64,000 nucleotides of DNA from a virus. The stretch's first letter is position 1, and every line of letters starts with the position of its first letter. Below are positions 57,523 through 64,000 of the stretch, one piece after another. The translations under genes were made by a program, and so were the position numbers. The notes below the pieces were generated by a model. It had not been told where the DNA came from, searched no databases, and worked only from the letters and a program-made list of their open reading frames with translations. Location: positions 64,001 through 128,000 of IMG/VR virus record IMGVR_UViG_3300021963_000037; one strand, written 5' to 3'.

Positions 57523-58743
57523 ATGAAGCTCGGAAATCATACACTACTTATCGATGGTAACTATTTCATCCACAGTAGATTGTTCGTTCTACCAAGGCCT
57601 AAAAGCGGTGCTCTACTTGGTGATGATGCGAGCAAAGGACAGTTCATTCGAAAACTTGCAATCGACTTTGCATCTGAAGTTCGAAAAATGACTCCTTTTG
57701 TTAATCAAATCGTTTTTGCGGTTGATTCAAAATCTTGGCGTAAGGATCTATTTCCTGAAGCGCAATATAAAGGTACTCGTACTCAAGATAGTTCAGTTGA
57801 TTGGTCAGCTGTCTACGAAGTATATGATGAATTTAAATTAATCCTTGCTAAAAAAGGTGTTATTGTAAATCAAGTTAAAGGTGCAGAAGCAGATGATATT
57901 CTATTTGCATGGTCGACTTATTTAAATACACAAGGTAAGAATTGCATTATTTGGACTGGTGACCGTGATATGATTCAATTAGTTGATTACTCAAAAGCAA
58001 CTGATGGTTATTCACTATGGTATTATAACACTAAACGTAAATTAATTGCATTCGAAGGATTCAATGATATTTTTAGTGATACAACTGAATTAGAAATCTC
58101 AAATGAAGATTTGTTATTCAATATGGACAGCCCTAGTCATTTAAGTGATCGTATCAAAAATGAAATGGTTGATTGGATGAAAAAGAATTCAATTGAAGTC
58201 GAAGAAATCAACTGTGATCGTTTTGTTTTCCAAAAGATTCTAATGGGTGACAAATCTGATAACATCAAATCTGTTGTTACGTACCAAAAACCTATGAAAA
58301 ATGGTAAAGATCGTACATTCTCAATTACTGACAAACAGGCAGAAGCTATCTTAGAACAATACATTAAAGAAGAAGGCGAATTTGTTATTGACCACATGTT
58401 TAACAAAACACAAGTTGATAAGATTGTTAACCTGATTTACCGTATTATTGGTCATGACACTCAAGTAAATATCCTTAATAGATTTAATCAAAATCTTGAT
58501 TTGATGTTACTTCACTACAATACTATACCAGAACCAATCCAACAAGAAATTACAAAGGTAATTGATCGAGATAAAGAAACTGAACCAGCAATTATGGTTC
58601 TATCTCAAATGGAAAAGATTCTTGAAGGATCTAGTTGGTTGAAAAAAGCTAATCAAACTCCGGTTGATTTTGATGCATTTGCTGGCTTAGACGAAAATGA
58701 AACAAAAGACAAAGATTCATCTACAACTATTAAATTATTTTAA
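57523..58743 (+). CDS. rnh: RNase H / 5'-3' exonuclease (T4 rnh, FEN-1 family)
   Basis: LIDGN, SWRK, YKG.R, EADD, D.D..QL, GDKSDNI. Confidence 0.88.
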   Translation: MKLGNHTLLIDGNYFIHSRLFVLPRPKSGALLGDDASKGQFIRKLAIDFASEVRKMTPFVNQIVFAVDSKSWRKDLFPEAQYKGTRTQDSSVDWSAVYEVYDEFKLILAKKGVIVNQVKGAEADDILFAWSTYLNTQGKNCIIWTGDRDMIQLVDYSKATDGYSLWYYNTKRKLIAFEGFNDIFSDTTELEISNEDLLFNMDSPSHLSDRIKNEMVDWMKKNSIEVEEINCDRFVFQKILMGDKSDNIKSVVTYQKPMKNGKDRTFSITDKQAEAILEQYIKEEGEFVIDHMFNKTQVDKIVNLIYRIIGHDTQVNILNRFNQNLDLMLLHYNTIPEPIQQEITKVIDRDKETEPAIMVLSQMEKILEGSSWLKKANQTPVDFDAFAGLDENETKDKDSSTTIKLF

Positions 58744-58895
58744 TGCCAGAGATCGTAGAAGAAATCTTAAAAGAAGCAAAAGAATGGGGTCTTGAATATG
58801 AGGTTAAGGTATTCGCCGAAAGCCACATGTCTCAAGACCCAAGTCTTTCAATAGAACAAGCCTACACTGAGGCATATAATGATTGGATAAAATAA
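58743..58895 (+). CDS. Small hypothetical protein (50 aa, below the ORF-track cutoff)
   Basis: TAATG coupling to rnh; MPEIVEEILKEAKEWGLEYEV...NDWIK. Confidence 0.55.
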   Translation: MPEIVEEILKEAKEWGLEYEVKVFAESHMSQDPSLSIEQAYTEAYNDWIK

Positions 58896-58899
58896 AATT

Positions 58900-59328
58900 A
58901 TGCTAGACGAAACTAAATTATTTGACTTTGTGAAAATCATGTTTACAAAGCCAAAAGACTATAAGAATATTAAGGACTTTAATAAGAAACGTCACCATTT
59001 CATGATTAACCGTTTCTTTTCAATTAAGTTTCCTGCAAATGCACAAGCATTTAATATCAATGGTATTAACGGATTAGCAGTGATTGATAGTTGGGCTCTA
59101 GTTGCCCAACGTTTTTCTGCAGTTCCACCATGGATCTATACGAAAACTAAAAAATCTGAATCGGTTGCTGTCGATAAAAAAGAATACATACCTAGTCAAG
59201 AGGCAATTGAATTCTATATGAAAAAGAACGAGATTGGTAAAAGAGAATACAATGAAGCTCTAAAGTTTTTTAGAAAAGAAACTCTTGATGAACTTAAAAG
59301 ATTAGACGAAAACATAAAAGTTTATTAA
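58900..59328 (+). CDS. gp62: Clamp loader small subunit (gp62-like)
   Basis: LFDF, FMINRFFS, W...K.KK, EAL pattern; near gp44. Confidence 0.6.
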   Translation: MLDETKLFDFVKIMFTKPKDYKNIKDFNKKRHHFMINRFFSIKFPANAQAFNINGINGLAVIDSWALVAQRFSAVPPWIYTKTKKSESVAVDKKEYIPSQEAIEFYMKKNEIGKREYNEALKFFRKETLDELKRLDENIKVY

Positions 59329-60008
59329 TGCAAGATGATTTCTCAATGTATGATGCCGCCGATGTCGTTGATATCGTGCTTTTTAAATATAATTATAACG
59401 ATAATAAACTTTGGACTGGAATTAGAAACAAAATAGAGTTTCTCAGTCCGGATAAAAATTCAATAATTGTTACTAAAGATCAGCTTCTAGATTTTATTGA
59501 AAGAGAATTCCCAAATGAGATTAATTTATTTAATTCAGTTGGGTTTGAAGTTATGCACAAAGAGGTTAATTCAATCTTCTTTATTACCAAACTTCTTACT
59601 CAAATGAAACATCTTAGATGGATTAAATTGACTCTTAATAAGAATAGAACATATAGTCGCTTGACTAAAGACGAAAATGGACTAGATTCAATAAAATTTG
59701 GATTTAAAATACTTCACTTAACATTAAAGACATTTGAAATCTTTGACGAAGATGAAGTGGTTATTTTTAATAAAGTTCTACATGAACAGAGAATTCTAGA
59801 AGAAGGCATACCATATAAAAGACTAAAACTAAATGACTTATTAGATCGTCTAGATCGATGGTTAATGGTTGCAGATAAAGGAAAAGTTAAAGAACTTTCA
59901 GACAATGAGATGGATGTTGTAGATACAATTTCTATCATGTTAGATATGATGAGTGATCCAAAACTAGGTGGCGATAATCCAGAAGTCCTACTAGTCACCG
60001 ATTACTGA
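59328..60008 (+). CDS. Hypothetical protein
   Basis: 226 aa ORF coupled to the previous gene. Confidence 0.55.
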   Translation: MQDDFSMYDAADVVDIVLFKYNYNDNKLWTGIRNKIEFLSPDKNSIIVTKDQLLDFIEREFPNEINLFNSVGFEVMHKEVNSIFFITKLLTQMKHLRWIKLTLNKNRTYSRLTKDENGLDSIKFGFKILHLTLKTFEIFDEDEVVIFNKVLHEQRILEEGIPYKRLKLNDLLDRLDRWLMVADKGKVKELSDNEMDVVDTISIMLDMMSDPKLGGDNPEVLLVTDY

Positions 60009-60037
60009 GAATATATAAACAAAATTAACTCATTGTA

Positions 60038-61984
60038 ATGGTTACAGGTAGTATTGCAACAGCATACGGCGATTTTCTAATTGCATCAATCAAGACCCCA
60101 TATTTAAACTTAAAGAAAGTTTTATCATGGGACATACTTTCTGGAGTATCAGACGTTTCAACGTTAGGAACCCTTAGTTTTACTAGTGGTTCTACTATCG
60201 TTTATGGCGTAGGAACCGATTTTACCAGACTTTTTCAAAATTCGCATTTTATCATTGTTGGTAATAGAGTTTTAGAAATTGCAACCGTAACAAATAGTAC
60301 AACGCTAGTTTTAACTCTTCCAGTTAATTTCTCTGGTTCTGGATTTACTTTCTACAGACCGGTAGATGATAATAATAAATTTGATTATACATTCAGATTA
60401 TCAACAGACGCTGGTAAAACATTTAGTGAATTTTCAGAATTAAATACTAATCAACTTCCAGGCGATCTTAAAGCATATCTATGGAATTCAGGTGCTAATG
60501 TACTAATTGATTTTGGTGCAGAAGTATCAGCATTAAATACTGGTGCTAAATTAACATTTATTTCAGCAACTTTAACAGTTGAAACAACTGATGGTACTGT
60601 TGAATCATGTCCACAATTTTGTACAACATGTACAGATCCTTTCATTTATTCAGGTTGCGCAACAATTGAAGCAACTTGCTCAGATGCTAGTGCATTATTT
60701 CAACCATACCGTCAATTTAGATCGCAACAAACATATATTCAATTAGCAAATATTGTTAAGAATATCTTTGGTCACCAAGTTACTTATTTTAGAACTGAAC
60801 CAGACAAGAGAACAAAGGATGTTATCTTAATGGAATATTCATTACATAATGTTGTTGATCAGGATGTTGTTAAAATCTTGGTTCCAGATAATGAATTCCC
60901 GGCAGATTCAACAACTAATTTCGATATGTTTGGTATGGAATTTGAAGATTTTGAAATCCATATCACTCAACAAGAATTCCAAACTGTTTTTGGACAAGGT
61001 AAAAGACCAAGAGAGCATGATTACATGTTCATTCCAATTATCAATAAAATGTACATGATTAATTCAGTCGCTTTAGGAGACCGTTTTAATGAAACTATCA
61101 CATATTGGAAAGTGATGTTGACGAAATATCAAAATGATACTGCTGTACTTAAAAATAGTTTTGAAAATTTAACAGATTCATTAGTCACTGATATCGACGA
61201 AGTATTTGGAGTTGAAATTCAAGATGAGTACATCAAGAATACCAAACCAGATATTTTCCAAACAGTTTCTACTGCTTATTTAGATGGTATTAGAAATTTC
61301 ATATCAACTGATTTAAAAATAGTAGACAGTGAACTTAAAAATAGATGGACAACCGTTTCTAAAAACTATTACGATCTTGGACCTGTTAGTACTGGTTTTG
61401 CAGCAATTGAATATACAGCGCCTGTTAAATCATCAACTGGATTTGCTCTAACATGTTGGTTGTCTCCTGAATTTAATTTTAATTCAACAACAGATTATTG
61501 GGTATTTGGAAATACAACAATCAATAAAGGAATTAAAGTTACTATATCTGGACAAAATATAAAAGTATTTGTTAACGCGAACACTTATACATTTACACCA
61601 AACATTATTATGGGTACTGATAGATGGTATGGTCTGGTTATAAATGGTAACAAACAATTTAATCAATTATCAGTTGCCCTGTACTCATTAGATCCAAATA
61701 ATAATAATGGACGTCCACAATCTGCTTCAAATGATTTAGTAAAAATATTTGAGGAGACAAGAAATCAAGTTTATAATATTTCTTGGGATATTCCTGAATC
61801 TAAATATTCACTTAAAGGAGGTTTGTTAAAACTAACAAACTTAAGATTATTCAATACACCAATTGAAGCCGAACAACACAGCAACGTATTAAATCAATAT
61901 GTTGTTCATGATAATCAGCTTGGTGTAATTATAGACAATGCTATCCCGTCTCTTGGATTCCAGAAATTCAGAAACTCTCAATAA
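60038..61984 (+). CDS. Neck/head-closure protein (gp14-like core) with accessory N- and C-terminal domains
   Basis: Central G..V.Y.R, FGM, F...FG...PRE.D..F.P; C-terminal LamG/ConA-like W...W..L...LRLFN; late promoter at 60010. Confidence 0.55.
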   Translation: MVTGSIATAYGDFLIASIKTPYLNLKKVLSWDILSGVSDVSTLGTLSFTSGSTIVYGVGTDFTRLFQNSHFIIVGNRVLEIATVTNSTTLVLTLPVNFSGSGFTFYRPVDDNNKFDYTFRLSTDAGKTFSEFSELNTNQLPGDLKAYLWNSGANVLIDFGAEVSALNTGAKLTFISATLTVETTDGTVESCPQFCTTCTDPFIYSGCATIEATCSDASALFQPYRQFRSQQTYIQLANIVKNIFGHQVTYFRTEPDKRTKDVILMEYSLHNVVDQDVVKILVPDNEFPADSTTNFDMFGMEFEDFEIHITQQEFQTVFGQGKRPREHDYMFIPIINKMYMINSVALGDRFNETITYWKVMLTKYQNDTAVLKNSFENLTDSLVTDIDEVFGVEIQDEYIKNTKPDIFQTVSTAYLDGIRNFISTDLKIVDSELKNRWTTVSKNYYDLGPVSTGFAAIEYTAPVKSSTGFALTCWLSPEFNFNSTTDYWVFGNTTINKGIKVTISGQNIKVFVNANTYTFTPNIIMGTDRWYGLVINGNKQFNQLSVALYSLDPNNNNGRPQSASNDLVKIFEETRNQVYNISWDIPESKYSLKGGLLKLTNLRLFNTPIEAEQHSNVLNQYVVHDNQLGVIIDNAIPSLGFQKFRNSQ

Positions 61985-62020
61985 TAATTGGGATAGATAT
62001 TCTATAAATAATATCATATT

Positions 62021-62701
62021 ATGTCAGAAGAAAAAGATAAGAATAGGCCAATTCGTGACCAGGCAGAGGACATTCGCAAAGAATTAGAATGGTTAATTGG
62101 TGATGAGGAATCTTTAACAGATTTAGTCGAAACAGATACGCCATTGCCTTCTGTTCCACCGGCACATAAAAGCCCAGCAGTTTCATATACTAATTTAAAA
62201 TCTAGTGCAGAAACACAGGCTAAGAAAACAATTACAGCATTAATGAAATTCTATCTCGATTCAGATATTATCGAGAACGATGAATATGTTAAGGCAAAAA
62301 AGAAGATGGACGAAATGACAATGTCTTCTCTGGTTTATCAGCTTCAAGCTGGTGAAAGAGCACTAACATTGTTATTGGAAACTATTGAAGATGGAGAGCT
62401 ATCTCCAAGAATGTTCGAGGTATTGGCAACTTTACAAAAATCAATGCTCGACATTATAAAATCACAAACAATGTATTTGATGGCAACTGAAGAATCTAAC
62501 AAGAGAATTGCTAGAGATATTGAAGTTTACCGCAAAAACACAAACACGACTCAGATTGAGGAAGTTGGAGGAGATTCTAAAGATCCAAATATCCAAAGAG
62601 GTACAAAGGACCTAATGAGAATGATTCAAATGGGAATTAATCAATCTGGCGCAGATGAAGGTCTTGACGTGATTGAAATAAACCCAGAAGATAATGAGTG
62701 A
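62021..62701 (+). CDS. gp16: Terminase small subunit (gp16-like)
   Basis: SPRMFEVLATL resembles gp16 PRAYEV; directly upstream of the large terminase; TATAAATA at 62003. Confidence 0.7.
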   Translation: MSEEKDKNRPIRDQAEDIRKELEWLIGDEESLTDLVETDTPLPSVPPAHKSPAVSYTNLKSSAETQAKKTITALMKFYLDSDIIENDEYVKAKKKMDEMTMSSLVYQLQAGERALTLLLETIEDGELSPRMFEVLATLQKSMLDIIKSQTMYLMATEESNKRIARDIEVYRKNTNTTQIEEVGGDSKDPNIQRGTKDLMRMIQMGINQSGADEGLDVIEINPEDNE

Positions 62702-64000
62702 TAATATATGGATTCCTAAGGATTCCGATGAAACACAAGCAGCCAAAGTAGTATGGTCAACTAAAGCAATTAATGATTTAACAGTCGCTTTAGATAAAGG
62801 TTACCGTCCTCAAGTGTCCATGCCTTTTTATGAAGGTAAACAACATTTAAAAAGAGGTAATATTGTATTTGAGTACACTGATGCTGAAATTACAGAAATT
62901 GCAAAATGCGCACATGATATTGTGTACTTTGCTGAGAAATATGCGGTTGTAATGACCGATGAGGGGATTCAAAAGGTAAAACTTCGTGAATATCAAAAAG
63001 ATATGTTGAGAAACTTTCAACATAATCGATTCAATATTGTTCTAGCATCCAGACAGATGGGTAAAACCGTAACGGCGTCAATTTTTAACGCTTGGTTTAT
63101 TTGTTTTAATGTGGACAAGAATACCCTACTTTTAGCCAATAAGGGAGAAACTACTAAAGAGATTATTGATAAAGCAAAAGTTGTAATTGAACATTTGCCG
63201 TTCTTTATGAAACCAGGAATTATCAAATATGACGTTATGAACGTTCGATGTGATAATGGTTGTCGTTTAGTAGGACAATCAACTACCGCTAAAGCAGGTA
63301 TTGGTTTTACCATTCACAACTTATACTTAGATGAGTTTGCCCACATCCATCCAAATATCGTTGATGTATTCTATGAAAACGTTTATCCAACGTTATCATC
63401 TTCGAAAATATCGAGGATTAATATCACATCAACTCCGAATGGATTTAATAAATTCTATGAAATTTGGGCTGCTGCTATTGACGGAAAGAATGCATATACT
63501 CCAATGCGAATCGACTGGTTTCAACATCCAGATCGTGATGACAAATGGTATAAACGAGAATTAGAAAACTTAGGTTCAGAAGAGGCATTTAACCGACAAT
63601 ATGGTAATGAATTCGTAAGTTCATCATCTCTATTACTTTCACCAGGATCTCTTGGTAAGTTAAGAAAGAACTCAGGTAAATTCATTTATCATGAACTTGA
63701 AGACTTTGATAATATACATATTGACGTAAAAGGATTCTTAGGATTTAAGAAAGGATTCGACATTGAAACTGTAAAGGATGAAAGCAAATATTGGTTATTT
63801 ACTATTGATATTGCAGAAGGTTCAGGTCGAGATTACTCAGTAATTAATGTGTTTGAGGTTGTTGCAATGTCTAAAAAAGAAATTGAAGCTTCTGAAAATC
63901 CAGGAGCAATGTATGATTTCTTTAAATTAGATCAAGTTGCTGTATTTAAAAGCAATGAGCATCCAATTGAAGATTTCTCAAAAATATTGTATACACTGGC
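62694..64000 (+). CDS. gp17: Terminase large subunit (gp17), 3' truncated; missing from the ORF track
   Basis: ATG 62694 opens MSDNIWIPK...; LREYQ, ASRQMGKT, LANK, YLDEFAHI, TSTPNG, QYG.EF, DIAEG.G.DYS. Confidence 0.92.
   Translation, partial: MSDNIWIPKDSDETQAAKVVWSTKAINDLTVALDKGYRPQVSMPFYEGKQHLKRGNIVFEYTDAEITEIAKCAHDIVYFAEKYAVVMTDEGIQKVKLREYQKDMLRNFQHNRFNIVLASRQMGKTVTASIFNAWFICFNVDKNTLLLANKGETTKEIIDKAKVVIEHLPFFMKPGIIKYDVMNVRCDNGCRLVGQSTTAKAGIGFTIHNLYLDEFAHIHPNIVDVFYENVYPTLSSSKISRINITSTPNGFNKFYEIWAAAIDGKNAYTPMRIDWFQHPDRDDKWYKRELENLGSEEAFNRQYGNEFVSSSSLLLSPGSLGKLRKNSGKFIYHELEDFDNIHIDVKGFLGFKKGFDIETVKDESKYWLFTIDIAEGSGRDYSVINVFEVVAMSKKEIEASENPGAMYDFFKLDQVAVFKSNEHPIEDFSKILYTL

Noticed and set aside
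915-61666. Many short minus-strand and off-frame ORFs in the track (e.g. 7272-7751, 9666-10115, 15649-16053, 16309-16749, 45891-46208)
   Set aside because: They are shadows of long, motif-bearing + strand genes and have no recognisable motifs or leaders of their own
63017-63564. ORFs 63017-63313 (-) and 63331-63564 (+)
   Set aside because: Both lie within the terminase large subunit gene, which runs off the window end
1-64000. Stop-codon reassignment as in some large Bacteroidota phages
   Set aside because: Core genes are full length in the standard code, and TAG (46210-46212) and TGA (4886-4888) sit at normal gene ends
1-64000. tRNA or rRNA genes
   Set aside because: Intergenic gaps are short and I saw no cloverleaf with a T-loop; a tRNAscan-SE run would confirm

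Overview
This 64 kb window is an AT-rich segment of a large T4-like (Tevenvirinae-style) myophage genome. It is read almost entirely on the + strand in the standard genetic code. A Bacteroidota host is inferred from A-rich leaders without Shine-Dalgarno sequences, a TATATTTA early promoter and a DUF6549-like spanin candidate. In order, the window holds: tail fibre/structural genes (1-11.1 kb); recombination/replication genes (RuvC-like, gp32, gp61, UvsY, UvsW); a late-promoter cluster of proteins with T4-like capsid-targeting motifs, including a probable polyprotein, a ligase-fold pair and a nuclease (16.2-25.2 kb); a putative DNA-hypermodification cluster (25.8-32.5 kb); a split family-B polymerase flanking nrdB-nrdA-gp45; UvsX/gp41/gp33/gp47/gp46; head genes (gp15, gp55, gp4, gp2, gp20, gp21-scaffold, gp23); clamp loaders, RNase H, neck and terminase. 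The best candidate for an undescribed system is the modification cluster. It pairs myo-inositol-1-phosphate synthase and a HAD phosphatase with a T4 beta-glucosyltransferase homologue, a FkbM methyltransferase, an SGNH-fold enzyme and an aGPT-PPlase/amino acid:DNA transferase. Two of these end in the same SLF motif as the polymerase, a likely clamp-binding tail. This suggests replisome-coupled, inositol-based DNA modification. Three promoter classes are visible. All family calls come from motif recognition by eye; no database searches were run.
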